A DNA stretch of 64,000 nt, taken from Desulfomonilales bacterium (GTDB taxonomy: Bacteria > Desulfobacterota > Desulfomonilia > Desulfomonilales > Desulfomonilaceae). Where the stretch lies: contig JBBRBO010000003.1 of assembly GCA_038205805.1 (NCBI GenBank), positions 33,853-97,852 of the forward strand. Reading direction: 5' to 3'. Under the pieces are notes generated by a model that was not told the DNA's origin, did not search any database, and worked only from the letters and a program-made list of their open reading frames with translations. Both the position numbers and the translations under genes were made by a program. Shown here piece after piece: positions 38,306 to 49,009 of the stretch (position 1 is its first letter; each line of letters begins with the position of its first letter).

Positions 38306-38427
38306 GGAATCCTTTGAATAACCGCCGGCGAGAACGTGCGCCGCGCATCCCATCTTGTTCTTGAAGCCGAGAGTGATGAATATAATAGATGTACGAAAGC
38401 TACCGCGCAAGAACCGGAGGCGTTTTT

Positions 38428-39243
38428 ATGGAGTGGACAAAAGAGGCCCATGCCATGGTGCAAAGGGCGCCGTTTTTCGTTCGTAAACGGGTAAGGATAA
38501 AAGTCGAGGAAGAAGCGCAGCGGCAAGGAGCTGCGCTCGTGACACCCGCTCATGTGGAAACCGCCCAGCGGCGTTACCTCACCAATATGGAAGAGGAAGT
38601 GAAAGGCTGCCGCATCGAGACGTGTTTCGGCTCAGGTGGCTGCCCTAACCGCATCGGCGACTACGACTTGGCGCAGGATATCGAAGCGCTGCCTATCGTG
38701 AAGTCGTTTCCCGAGTTCTTGAAGAAGCATGTCAAAGGCCCTTTGAAGCTGCACCATGAGCTGCGGATTTCCGTTTCGGATTGCCCGAACGGCTGCTCAA
38801 GACCCCACATTGCCGACATAGGTTTGATCGCCGCAGCGCGTCCTGAGACGAACCGGGAAGAATGCACGCATTGCGGCGCATGCAAGACCATCTGCCGCGA
38901 AGGGGCCATCGACTTTGCGGCCGATTACGGTATGGAGATCAACAGCGACAAGTGTCTCCTGTGCAATCAATGCGTAAAGATCTGTCCGGCCGTCGCCATG
39001 CGCTCGGTGGAGAGCGGGTACAGAGTCCTCTTGGGCGGCAAGTTGGGACGTCACCCGCAATTGGCCAAGGACCTAGGGAGGATCTATTCCCGAGAAGAAG
39101 CTCTCGCTGTCGTGACGAAAACCATAGCTCACTATATGGAACACAGCGTAAGCGGTGAACGTTTGGGGGCGACGCTGAACAGGACCGGCCTGGATTTCTT
39201 GAACGAAGACACTAAATCTCCCCGAGAGGCGCAGGGCCGCTAA
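38428..39243 (+). CDS. Fe-S protein: PCP-reductase-like N-terminal segment plus a sulfite-reductase-type 4Fe-4S/ferredoxin module
   Basis: [28 protein letters not shown] (PCP_red-like), [10 protein letters not shown], and two CxxCxxCxxxC(P)-like clusters ([11 protein letters not shown] and [12 protein letters not shown]). Confidence 0.65.
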   Translation: MEWTKEAHAMVQRAPFFVRKRVRIKVEEEAQRQGAALVTPAHVETAQRRYLTNMEEEVKGCRIETCFGSGGCPNRIGDYDLAQDIEALPIVKSFPEFLKKHVKGPLKLHHELRISVSDCPNGCSRPHIADIGLIAAARPETNREECTHCGACKTICREGAIDFAADYGMEINSDKCLLCNQCVKICPAVAMRSVESGYRVLLGGKLGRHPQLAKDLGRIYSREEALAVVTKTIAHYMEHSVSGERLGATLNRTGLDFLNEDTKSPREAQGR

Positions 39244-39289
39244 CTACCCTTATGATTCGAATCGGGCGGTAGGCTGGAGGTGTAGCCCT

Positions 39290-40834
39290 ATGAACGCATT
39301 ATGGCGAAAAAAAAGCGTCCGGGATGCGCAAACTGAGGCCGCATCCCAACTGGGGCTCAAGAAGACGCTTGGGGCACTTGACCTCATAGGGATCGGCATC
39401 GGAGCGATCATCGGCGCAGGTATTTTCGTCCTTACCGGACAAGCCGCGGCCAAGTTCGCGGGACCCGCTATTGTCCTCTCGTTCATTATAGCCGGGATTG
39501 CCTGCGCATTGGCGGGGCTGTGTTACGCGGAATTCGCTTCCATGATTCCGGTTTCCGGGAGCGCCTACACATACTCCTACACAACGCTTGGCGAATTACC
39601 GGCGTGGCTCATAGGATGGGATTTACTTCTCGAGTATTGCCTTGGAGCAGCGGCTGTGGCGGTCGGTTGGTCGGGATATGTCGTGAGCTTCTTGGATCAG
39701 GTGGGAATTCATATTCCTCCACAGTATGCGGCGCCGCCCGGTGTGAATCTGGTTTATCTCACTGAGCAGGCCCTGGGAACCATGAACATCCCCGAAGCGG
39801 CGGGTTGGCGTCCCCTGAGTTCGTACGCCGACCTCTTGGCCCAGGCGAACATTTCACCCTCGGATCTGCCCCAGGTTGCCGGGCTGGTGAATGCGCCTGC
39901 TTTCATCATCGTGCTCCTTTTGACCGCGCTGCTGGTGAGAGGCATTCGTGAATCATCGAGCTTCAATCTTGTAATAGTTGCGATCAAGCTGATGGTGATC
40001 GCTCTGGTGATCGCCGCCGGTGTTTCGTACATCTCTATTGAGAATTGGCGACCTTTTGTCCCGCCGAACACGGGCACGTTTGGGGAATTCGGTTGGTCGG
40101 GCATAGTGCGAGGCGCAGCCGTGGTTTTCTTCGCATACATCGGGTTCGATGCGGTGTCCACGGCGGCTCAAGAGGCGCGCAACCCAAGCCGAGACATGCC
40201 CACGGGGATACTTGGGTCACTGGTTGTTTGCACGGTCCTGTATGTTGCCGTGGCCCTCGTGGTAACGGGTGTGGTGAACTACACTCGGCTGAATGTGGCG
40301 GACCCCGTGGCCGTGGCCATCGACGCAACAGGATTGCCGTGGTTAGCCATGCTGGTGAAGCTCGGGGCGATTGCGGGGCTCACGTCGGTGATCCTCGTGT
40401 TGCTGCTCGGACAACCGCGCATCCTCTTCGCCATGGCGCGAGACGGCCTGTTGCCGCAGGTCTTTGCGAAGGTACACCCGCGGTTCGGCACGCCGGCCAC
40501 TACGACCCTGGTGACGGGTTTTGTCGTAGCGACCATAGCGGCCTTGGTTCCAATCAGCCTGCTGGGGGAGCTGGTATCTATCGGTACGCTGGCTGCATTC
40601 AGTGTCGTATGCGCCGCGGTCTTGGCGCTCCGTTGCTCACACCCCGAGCTACCGCGTCCTTTCCGAACGCCGGCCTCTCCATACGTGCCCCTAGCAGGGG
40701 TGGTGTGCTGCCTGTATTTGGCGCTCAACCTGCCTCTGGACGCGTGGATTCGCTTAGCGGTGTGGATGGCTGTAGGTCTTGCGCTGTATTTCTCGTATGG
40801 GATTCGCCACAGCCGTCTGCGGCAGGGCTCGTGA
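39290..40834 (+). CDS. APC-superfamily amino acid permease (cationic amino acid transporter-like)
   Basis: [24 protein letters not shown] signature and ~14 hydrophobic helices. Confidence 0.85.
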   Translation: MNALWRKKSVRDAQTEAASQLGLKKTLGALDLIGIGIGAIIGAGIFVLTGQAAAKFAGPAIVLSFIIAGIACALAGLCYAEFASMIPVSGSAYTYSYTTLGELPAWLIGWDLLLEYCLGAAAVAVGWSGYVVSFLDQVGIHIPPQYAAPPGVNLVYLTEQALGTMNIPEAAGWRPLSSYADLLAQANISPSDLPQVAGLVNAPAFIIVLLLTALLVRGIRESSSFNLVIVAIKLMVIALVIAAGVSYISIENWRPFVPPNTGTFGEFGWSGIVRGAAVVFFAYIGFDAVSTAAQEARNPSRDMPTGILGSLVVCTVLYVAVALVVTGVVNYTRLNVADPVAVAIDATGLPWLAMLVKLGAIAGLTSVILVLLLGQPRILFAMARDGLLPQVFAKVHPRFGTPATTTLVTGFVVATIAALVPISLLGELVSIGTLAAFSVVCAAVLALRCSHPELPRPFRTPASPYVPLAGVVCCLYLALNLPLDAWIRLAVWMAVGLALYFSYGIRHSRLRQGS

Positions 40835-41103
40835 GAGCCGAGTCTACTGCTTGAATCCCTGCGCGCCGGCGTTCAGGCGCGAGGCGATCGTTACGCTCGT
40901 GTTTCGGAGCCCTATCCTGCCGGAGAACAAGTGTTTTGCGTGTCAGTATACCTTTGAAGAGCGCTGTATATTGTGGTAAAGATCCGCCACACCACGGGTC
41001 GGCTACGCTCCGTACACTTGTTTCATTCTGGTCCTAAATCATTCATTACAGGTATTCATTAGGCCGATCCAAAATCGGTCAATTTGCATGGGAGAAGAAA
41101 AGC

Positions 41104-42024
41104 ATGGCAAAGAGAATCATAACCGCCGCTATTACGGGAAGTATTCATACGCCTTCCATGTCGCCGTATCTGCCGATAACACCCAAGGAAATAGCCGACG
41201 AGGCCGTTCGAGCCTACAATGCGGGCGCAGCCGTGGCCCACATCCACGCCAGAGAGCCTGAAACGGGTCAGCCTTCATCCGATGTGGAGCTGTATCGGCA
41301 AATCGCTTCGGAAGTAAAGAGCAAGTGCGACATGATCCTGTGCATCACCACCGGCGGCGGTTTCGGAATGACCACGGAAGAGCGGGTGAAGACCGTCACT
41401 ACCCTGAAACCTGAACTTGCCTCGTGCAATTTCGGGTCGCTCAACTTCGCGCTCTTTCATGCTTTGGACGCTTTCAAGGAATTCAAACACCAATGGGAAT
41501 CCTATTATTTGGCGGCCTCTGAAAATTACATATTTCCCAACACCTTTCAGATGCTCAAGGAAATGCTTCCCATGTTCGAGAGCGTCCAAACCGTGCCGGA
41601 GCTGGAAATCTATGACACAGGCATGATAAACAACGTCGCATTTATGCTGCAAAGGGGAATACTAAAGCGGCCGGTTTACATTCAGTTTGTAATGGGCATA
41701 CTCGGCGGAATTCCGGCAACCCCTAACAACTTGATGTTCATGTATAACTCGGCGCGGGAAGCCCTTGGGGAGTTCAAATGGTCCGTGTGCGCCGCGGGCC
41801 GCCAACAGATGAACATGTGCACAATGGCGCTCATCATGGGCGGAAACGCGCGAGTCGGCCTAGAGGACAGTCTCTATCTCGAAAAAGGTGTGCCGGCCAA
41901 GAGCAACGCCGAGCAGGTGGAAAAGATCATCCGCATTGGACGTGAGCTTGGCGTCGAGCCTGCCACACCGAACGAAGCCCGAGAAATCCTGGGCCTAAAG
42001 GGAGTGGATCAGGTCGCCTTCTAA
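41104..42024 (+). CDS. 3-keto-5-aminohexanoate cleavage enzyme family (BKACE/DUF849)
   Basis: IITAAITGSIHTPSMSPYLPITPKEIADEAVRAYNAGAAVAHIHAR is the typical BKACE N-terminus. Confidence 0.85.
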   Translation: MAKRIITAAITGSIHTPSMSPYLPITPKEIADEAVRAYNAGAAVAHIHAREPETGQPSSDVELYRQIASEVKSKCDMILCITTGGGFGMTTEERVKTVTTLKPELASCNFGSLNFALFHALDAFKEFKHQWESYYLAASENYIFPNTFQMLKEMLPMFESVQTVPELEIYDTGMINNVAFMLQRGILKRPVYIQFVMGILGGIPATPNNLMFMYNSAREALGEFKWSVCAAGRQQMNMCTMALIMGGNARVGLEDSLYLEKGVPAKSNAEQVEKIIRIGRELGVEPATPNEAREILGLKGVDQVAF

Positions 42025-42246
42025 TACCGATGTGCTTTCAAAAAAGTAAGATCAGCTGGATTTTGTTGCAAAGTAGGTTTTTTGTAACCTCTTTCGAAGG
42101 GATTTGTGTGAATCGCCGAAAGCGGCATTTTCTCCTTGAGAAAAGCCGGTTTCGGCAATTTTAGAAGTTCTTGGAGAGGGGTTCGGAGAGAAGCCTTCTT
42201 CCAAGAAGGTTCTCCCCGATATTACTTATTTGATCGGGCATTCATA
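42025..42246 (+). repeat. copy P1 of a ~222-bp MITE-like element (family P). It is flanked by TAA on both sides, and the left TAA is the BKACE stop codon.
   Basis: Terminal inverted repeats TACCGATGTGC... and ...GGGCATTCATA. It aligns end-to-end with 50178-50398. Internally it has long hairpins with compensatory differences between copies. Confidence 0.75.
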
Positions 42247-42327
42247 TAATTAGAGGAATTGCGTCTTCGTCCGCGGCAGGGGAATGTTCCCTGGACCCGC
42301 CTGTTTCCTATACGAAAGGAAGTGTTC

Positions 42328-42636
42328 ATGATAACCGTATTCGCATATGCCCAAGCGGCGCCTGGAAAGGAATCAGAGCTGGAGAAAGCTCTGCTCGACC
42401 TGGTTTCGCATACCCGGCAAGAAAAGGACTGCGTCAACTATGACCTACATCGTCGTCAGGACGCGACCGGCGCTTACGTGTTCTACGAAAACTGGGTGGA
42501 CATGCCCGCCCTGGAACGCCATCGTGAGACCCCGCACGTCCGGCGCTTCCGAGATGAGGCGGGCGGCTTTCTAGCCGGCCCCTTGCGCATCGAGATCTGC
42601 GAGATGATCTCGCCGCTGGGTGACGGCGTGCCCTAG
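42328..42636 (+). CDS. antibiotic biosynthesis monooxygenase (ABM) domain protein
   Basis: MITVFAYAQAAPGKESELEKAL...YENWVDMPALERHRETPHV. AAGGAAG RBS. Confidence 0.8.
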   Translation: MITVFAYAQAAPGKESELEKALLDLVSHTRQEKDCVNYDLHRRQDATGAYVFYENWVDMPALERHRETPHVRRFRDEAGGFLAGPLRIEICEMISPLGDGVP

Positions 42637-42708
42637 ATGACCACATCCGCTGTGATCTCCAAGCCTGCTTTCAGAGAAGTAGCTGTACCGGTGAGTCTCA
42701 TCCTCGCC

Positions 42709-43527
42709 TCACTTCTGCAGCATGTGGGTCACAGCGATATAAATGATCGGTGCTATCGCAATGCGGTAATATGCAAAGGGAACTAAGGTGAACCGTTGTA
42801 GATACGCGAGAAACGTGCGGATAGCCAAAGACGCCGCCAGAAAGGCCACGATCAATCCGACGAGAAAGTGGGGAATATCCGCAGTGCTGAAGAGGCTCCA
42901 GTTCTTGTAGAGATCGTACACTGCGGCCGCCGTAAGGATAGGAACCGCAGCCAGAAACGAATACTCAGCGGACATACTGCGAGTGAACCTGCAGAAAAGA
43001 CCGGCGATAATCGTGGAACCTGATCGGGATACTCCCGGCCACAGGGCCAAACACTGCGCTAACCCGATAATCAGCGCCTGTGTGTAGGTAACCTCATTGA
43101 TATCGGATTCCGTCGGCTCCGGCTTATACTTTTCCGCAAGGAGAATCACTACTCCACCGAGCGCCAGAGCCCCGGCAACCGGCAGCGGTCCGAAGAGGTA
43201 GGTCTTTATATAGTGGTGAAGGGCTGCTCCCACAATCACCGCAGGCAAAGTAGTCAGGGCCAGTAGGGACAAGCCCCGCCACCCTGAAAATCGTCGGCCT
43301 TCAGCATGACGGCCGAAAGGGATGAGGTGTATGAAGCGCTCCCAGTAGAGCACCACAACTGCGGCTATGGCGCCGATTTGCATAAAGACCTGAAAGCATG
43401 TCGCTTTGGGGCCGGTGAAGTCAAGCAGGCTTCCCACTACAATGACATGACCAGCGGATGACACGGGTAGGTACTCCGTAAGCCCTAACACGATACCCAA
43501 AATAATCGCTATTACGTAGATATTCAT
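42709..43527 (-). CDS. uppP: undecaprenyl-diphosphate phosphatase
   Basis: GLTEYLPVSSAGH and PGVSRSGSTI motifs. Confidence 0.9.
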   Translation of the reverse strand: MNIYVIAIILGIVLGLTEYLPVSSAGHVIVVGSLLDFTGPKATCFQVFMQIGAIAAVVVLYWERFIHLIPFGRHAEGRRFSGWRGLSLLALTTLPAVIVGAALHHYIKTYLFGPLPVAGALALGGVVILLAEKYKPEPTESDINEVTYTQALIIGLAQCLALWPGVSRSGSTIIAGLFCRFTRSMSAEYSFLAAVPILTAAAVYDLYKNWSLFSTADIPHFLVGLIVAFLAASLAIRTFLAYLQRFTLVPFAYYRIAIAPIIYIAVTHMLQK

Positions 43528-44245
43528 AGGTCTCCCGGTGATTTCATTTTACAGCAGCGCCGAATACGCGGCACACGGCCGGTCCAGCGGCCAATGATTG
43601 GACTTCGGGGCCACCGCCCTAGAGCGGCAAAAACCTCATTTGCGGACGTGGAGAGTAAACCGCAGTTCGCTCGAATGTCAATGACTTTAGATGTGACGTC
43701 ATCGTGCATTGTAAGTAGCTTTGAGGTGTCGCAGAGAAGATATGTTCCAGCGCCGACTTCCATCGGCGAGACGCAGTAAGATTGGTAACAAGGGCATATA
43801 CAGGTTGGAGACATCATCCCGCTGCCGGCGCCGAAGAGGAACTCCTCGCATAAACGTACAGCCCGCGTTTACCCAAAGTAGACCCCGTTGTAGCGTAGCG
43901 GTGTTAGCGAGGCTTAACCCCCACCCGCAGAAGCTTGCTCAAGGTGTAAGAATGCCGTAATCTCTCGATAGCGTCAGTACAGCTTCGGGGTGTTGGACCA
44001 CTCCCGCAAAGGCGCTTACCATTTAGTCGAAAGCGGTTCACTAGGACCACTGCAGCCGTTTGGAATTATACATTGGAATCTGGAGAGGAGTTTAGTCTCA
44101 CCTCCACTCTCGACGGGTTCAGAGGCGCCTCAAGCCCGATTAAAGACTACGAAAATAAGACATAAGCCAAGTAGAATGCGCGTACGGCGCTCATGGGTTC
44201 TCTACCGCATGCGCTGTTGTGTTCCTCGGGGCGAAGATAATACAC

Positions 44246-45502
44246 ATGCAAAGTCATACGATTCAAGGTGGAAACGTGCACTGGGCGACGGTTGTAGTAA
44301 GCCTTTGCGCAGCAGTTCTTATAAGCGCATGTAGTCGTCCACAACCTGCGCCACGGGCGCAACCGCCGGTAGCAGTCACTGTGGCGCATCCCGCGTCGGC
44401 CGAAATCATCCAATGGAACACTTTCACGGGTCGGCTGGCCGCCGTCAACAGTGTAGAGATTCGTGCGCGCGTCAGCGGTTATTTACAATCGGTAACATTC
44501 AACGAAGGGGACTTCGTTCAAAAAGGGGATTTGCTTTTTGTAATAGATCCCAGGCCCTATCAGGCTGAATTTGAGCGCACACAGGGTCAACTCGCCACGG
44601 CTGAGGCAAAGGAAAGGCTTACCCAGATAGAGCTTGGTCGAGCAAAACAGCTACTCGAACAAAAGGCGTACTCCCAAGAAACATACGATCAGAAACTCGC
44701 CGCCGAACGTCAGGCTGCGGGTGAACTCCAATCGGCAAAAGCCGCGGTCAATGCAGCGTCTTTAAACCTGGAATTTACGACGATTACAGCGCCTATCTCG
44801 GGAAAGATCAGCCGTGTTCTGGTGACACCGGGGAATCTCATCGATGGAGGCAGCTCGCAGTCCACGCTCCTCACCACCCTAGTTTCCCTGAATCCTTTAT
44901 ATTGCTACTTCACCGTTGATGAGGCCGCCCATTTGCGTTGGGTTAGGCTCTTGCAAGAGGGCAAACTTCCGCGGAATGTAAAGTTTCCGATATGGTTCGC
45001 GTTAGGCGATGAATCCGGATATCCGCATCTTGGCCACATAGATTTTGTGGATAACAGGATCGACGCGAATACGGCCACGCTTAATATGCGTGCCATCGTG
45101 CCCAATCCGGATCGTATGTTGCGGCCGGGTTTGTTCGTGCGGGTGCGTGTGCCGGCCAGCGGCATTTTCCAGGCGACTCTAGTTCCGGATCAGGCGATTA
45201 CTTCGGATCAGGCGCAAAAAATCGCCTACGTAGTCAACTCTGAGAACAAGGTGGAGCGACGCAATGTAGTCATTGGAAGCCGAGAACAGGATCTTAGGGT
45301 CGTAAAAGAAGGACTGTCGCGGCAGGACCGTGTGGTAATCAGAGGCATTCAAAGGGCGCGAGTCGGACAAACAGTAAAGCCCGAAGAAACCACCCTCGTT
45401 TTCGACGCTAAGGATTTGGTGCCCAAAGAAGTGCGCGACATACTCGATGCCCACACCACGCGAACGTCGTTGCAAATACAACCGGCGAACACCGGACCCT
45501 GA
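44246..45502 (+). CDS. RND efflux periplasmic adaptor (MFP) lipoprotein
   Basis: Lipobox LISAC. The HlyD-like barrel-sandwich/coiled-coil pattern includes VSGYLQSVTFNEGDFVQKGDLLFVIDPRPYQ. Confidence 0.85.
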   Translation: MQSHTIQGGNVHWATVVVSLCAAVLISACSRPQPAPRAQPPVAVTVAHPASAEIIQWNTFTGRLAAVNSVEIRARVSGYLQSVTFNEGDFVQKGDLLFVIDPRPYQAEFERTQGQLATAEAKERLTQIELGRAKQLLEQKAYSQETYDQKLAAERQAAGELQSAKAAVNAASLNLEFTTITAPISGKISRVLVTPGNLIDGGSSQSTLLTTLVSLNPLYCYFTVDEAAHLRWVRLLQEGKLPRNVKFPIWFALGDESGYPHLGHIDFVDNRIDANTATLNMRAIVPNPDRMLRPGLFVRVRVPASGIFQATLVPDQAITSDQAQKIAYVVNSENKVERRNVVIGSREQDLRVVKEGLSRQDRVVIRGIQRARVGQTVKPEETTLVFDAKDLVPKEVRDILDAHTTRTSLQIQPANTGP

Positions 45503-45611
45503 GAATTGGAATACAATTTTGAACCATGACCGCCTTTAGGCGATGCTCCGTTGGGTAATCGGGAGTTCAAGTCATTGGGTGGCTTTCGGTACCCCCACTT
45601 ATGAATACATT

Positions 45612-48600
45612 ATGAATTTTACTCATTTCTTCATTGACCGCCCGGTGTTCGCATCGGTTCTGTCCATCGTCATTGTGCTCGTGGGCGCCATTGCGTATAT
45701 TCAGCTACCCATATCGCAGTATCCGCCGGTGGCGCTACCCACCATCGTGGTGAGCGCTCCATTTCCAGGCGCCCCGCCTCAGGTAATCGCCGAAACCGTG
45801 GCCACTCCCTTGGAACAACAGATCAACGGCGTAGAAGACATGCTCTACATGGAGTCACAGAGCACGGCGAACGGCGGCCTCACCTTGACCATCACGTTTA
45901 AGGCGGGCACGGATCTGGACAGGGCGCAGGTTCTCGTTCAGAACCGCGTTGCGGTAGCCCTGCCGCAGCTCCCTACCGAGGTGCGACAAATCGGCGTCAC
46001 CACGCTCAAGCGCTCCCCGGACCTGCTTCTTGTGGCGCATCTCTATTCACCCAAAGGCACGCATGACCAGCTTTACGTGACGAACTACGCTACCACGCCC
46101 ATACGAGATACTCTCCTGCGTATAGAAGGTGTCGGGGACATTACTATCTTCGGCGCTCGTCAGTACGCCATGCGCATTTGGCTGGACGCCGGGAAGTTAG
46201 CCGCGGTCAATCTCACGGCCGCTGATGTGGTGCAGGCCCTACGCCAACAAAATGTGCAGGTCGCTGCCGGTATCATCGGGCAGCCCCCGCTGGGCAATCC
46301 AACCTCGTTACAAGTTCCCGTAACGACGTTGGGGCGCTTGCAGAAACCTGAACAATTCGAGGAGATCATCGTCAAATCGGGTGAGAATGATCGCCTCGTT
46401 CGGGTGCGGGATGTGGCGCGGGTGGAGCTTGGAGCCATGGATTATTCTCAGAACAGCTATCTGGATGGCCAAGTTGCAGTGGGTTTGGGAATTTTTCAGC
46501 TTCCCGGGTCCAACGCCGTGGCCACCTCCCATCGCGTTATCGCAAAAATTAAGGAATTGAGCAAGGCGTTCCCACCGGGGCTGGAATACACGATCGCTCA
46601 CAATCCCACCCTTTTCGTTGAGGAATCTATTACGGAAGTTTACCGCACACTAGCGGAAGCGTCTCTTCTCGTTACACTTATCATCTTCATTTTTCTCCAA
46701 TCGTGGCGCGCCACAATTATCCCGCTTTTGGCGATTCCCGTATCGCTCATCGGCACCTTTGCCGTCATGTGGGCGCTCAACTTCTCGCTTAACAACTTGT
46801 CTCTCTTTGGATTGGTGCTTGCCATCGGCATTGTCGTTGATGACGCCATTGTGGTCGTGGAGAATGTCGAACGCAATATGGAAGCCGGCCTATCGCCGCG
46901 AGCCGCTACGCATAAGGCTATGGACGAAGTGGGCTCCGCGGTGGTCTCCACTGCGCTCGTCTTGAGTTCCGTGTTCATCCCAACAGCGTTCCTTGGGGGC
47001 ATTAGCGGGCAATTTTATCGTCAGTTTGCCCTCACCATCGCCGTATCCACCATTATTTCGGCGTTCGTGTCGTTGACGCTCAGCCCCGCCGTCGCCGCAT
47101 TGCTGCTCAAGCCCAAAACCAATTCCAAGACGGGCCTGAGTCGGATAAGCAATGTGCTGTTCGGCTGGTTTTTCCGAGGCTTCAACAGGGTATTTGAGCG
47201 GTCCGCGTCCTTGTATAGCGCCGTGGTGGCTCGCATCGTGCGATCCATAGGTATCGGTTTGGTAGTGTATGTAGCGCTCATCGGCTTAACGTACTATAGT
47301 TTCACCCAAGTGCCGTTTGGGTTTGTGCCGAGTCAGGACCAAGGGTATCTTATAATTAGCCTTGAGCTTCCCAGCGGCGCGTCTTTGTATCGCACAAACG
47401 ATGTTACGCTGGCGGCCACTAAAATTGCGGTTGCTACGCCTGGAGTTGCGCATACGGTTTCTGTGGTGGGCTACTCCGGAGCCACAAGAACACAGAGTTC
47501 CAACGCAGCCGCGATCTTCACGCCGCTTCAGAATTCAGCAGCCCGAGCAAAGAAAGGATTAACCGCCGATGAAATCGTCATGGATTTGCGGCGGCGCATG
47601 TCCCACATTCAGGACGCCAACATCGTGGTGATTAAACCACCGCCCATACCGGGCATCGGCACAGGCGGCGGCTTCAGACTTCAGGTGGAAGACCGTTCAG
47701 GGGCCGATTACCAGAGATTGGAAAGCGCGGCGACCGCTCTCGTGGCCGCAGCCAACAAGGAACCGGGCCTTTTTCAGGTCTACTCGATGTTTCGGGCGAA
47801 CACTCCGCAGCTATATCTGGACATTGATCGCACTAAGGCCGCTATGCTCCATGTTCCTCTGGAGAATGTATTCGACACGCTTCAGGTGTATTTAGGGTCC
47901 ATCTATGTAAATGATTTCAATTTCTTGGGGCGCACATATCGCGTGACCGCGCAGGCTGACGCCGATTTCCGCAATAGTCGACGGGACATATCTCAGTTGA
48001 AAACGAGAAGCAGCACAGGGGCCATCGTGCCCTTGGGTTCACTCGTACGCGTGGAAGACCAATCCCAACCGGACCGCATTACTCACTTTAATTTGTATCC
48101 GGCTGCGGACGTGAGTGGCTCCACAGTCCCGGGCTTTAGTTCAGGGCAAGCTATTGCCGTGATGGAGCGGCTGGCCTCGGAAATTTTACCCCCAGGGATG
48201 GCCTTTGAATGGACGGATCTGGCGTATCAAGAGCGGCTGGCAGGAAACGTGGCCCTCTTCATCTTCCCGCTATGCGTCTTGTTCGTGTTCCTGACGTTAT
48301 CCGCTCAGTATGAAAGTTGGGCCTTACCCTTCGCCGTCATACTAATTGTCCCTCTATGCTTGCTGTTCGCCATTGCCGGCGTATGGCTGCGCGGCATGGA
48401 CAACAACATACTCACGCAGATCGGGTTTGTGGTGCTCGTAGGCCTTGCGTGCAAGAACGCTATTCTCATCGTACAGTTCGCCACCGTCGCCGAGCGATCG
48501 GGAAAAAGCGCCCACACAGCGGTGGTCGAGGCCTCTCGCCATAGACTTCGCCCTATTCTCATGACATCGTTCGCCTTTATCTTGGGAGTGCTTCCCTTGG

Positions 48601-48788
48601 TGGTTTCGACGGGCGCAGGGTATGAAATGCGTCAGGTCGTAGGTACGGCGGTGTTCAGTGGAATGTTGGGTGTGTCGTTCTTCGGGCTATTTTTCACGCC
48701 CATCTTTTACGTGGCCCTGAGTCGCTTTACAACAGTGCGATCAAAAGAGGCCACGTCGCCGGAAAACACGAGTGTGGAACTGGGGTAA
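45612..48788 (+). CDS. RND (AcrB/HAE1-type) efflux permease
   Basis: MNFTHFFIDRPVFA N-terminus, GIVVDDAIVVVENVER motif and 12-TM architecture. The ORF is open from 45543. Confidence 0.9.
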   Translation: MNFTHFFIDRPVFASVLSIVIVLVGAIAYIQLPISQYPPVALPTIVVSAPFPGAPPQVIAETVATPLEQQINGVEDMLYMESQSTANGGLTLTITFKAGTDLDRAQVLVQNRVAVALPQLPTEVRQIGVTTLKRSPDLLLVAHLYSPKGTHDQLYVTNYATTPIRDTLLRIEGVGDITIFGARQYAMRIWLDAGKLAAVNLTAADVVQALRQQNVQVAAGIIGQPPLGNPTSLQVPVTTLGRLQKPEQFEEIIVKSGENDRLVRVRDVARVELGAMDYSQNSYLDGQVAVGLGIFQLPGSNAVATSHRVIAKIKELSKAFPPGLEYTIAHNPTLFVEESITEVYRTLAEASLLVTLIIFIFLQSWRATIIPLLAIPVSLIGTFAVMWALNFSLNNLSLFGLVLAIGIVVDDAIVVVENVERNMEAGLSPRAATHKAMDEVGSAVVSTALVLSSVFIPTAFLGGISGQFYRQFALTIAVSTIISAFVSLTLSPAVAALLLKPKTNSKTGLSRISNVLFGWFFRGFNRVFERSASLYSAVVARIVRSIGIGLVVYVALIGLTYYSFTQVPFGFVPSQDQGYLIISLELPSGASLYRTNDVTLAATKIAVATPGVAHTVSVVGYSGATRTQSSNAAAIFTPLQNSAARAKKGLTADEIVMDLRRRMSHIQDANIVVIKPPPIPGIGTGGGFRLQVEDRSGADYQRLESAATALVAAANKEPGLFQVYSMFRANTPQLYLDIDRTKAAMLHVPLENVFDTLQVYLGSIYVNDFNFLGRTYRVTAQADADFRNSRRDISQLKTRSSTGAIVPLGSLVRVEDQSQPDRITHFNLYPAADVSGSTVPGFSSGQAIAVMERLASEILPPGMAFEWTDLAYQERLAGNVALFIFPLCVLFVFLTLSAQYESWALPFAVILIVPLCLLFAIAGVWLRGMDNNILTQIGFVVLVGLACKNAILIVQFATVAERSGKSAHTAVVEASRHRLRPILMTSFAFILGVLPLVVSTGAGYEMRQVVGTAVFSGMLGVSFFGLFFTPIFYVALSRFTTVRSKEATSPENTSVELG

Positions 48789-49009
48789 GAGAGTTTGCCG
48801 ACCGACGTCACGCCGCTCCTGCTGTGGATATTGAGCGACACACCGTCCATATCCGGCAATATGCCTTTGCCTCCGGTCACGACTCGAGTATGATTCAATA
48901 GAGCGCCGTCGTCATACTCACCGGATGCCCACGAGAGGCGACCTGGACGCCGCAAAAACAAGAGGATTTCCGGACGCTGCTTACCGCGAGCGTCGGAGCG
49001 CTGAAACAC

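Noticed and set aside
39244-39289. GATTCGAATC-containing stretch that superficially resembles a tRNA T-arm
   Set aside because: The whole intergenic spacer is only 46 nt and lacks acceptor and anticodon stems. I found no tRNA-like cloverleaf here or in the other spacers I scanned by eye.
40045-40854. 269-aa alternative-frame ORF inside the amino-acid permease gene
   Set aside because: It is a same-strand off-frame read with an Arg/Gly/His-rich nonsense composition. The permease frame has clear TM periodicity and the APC signature.
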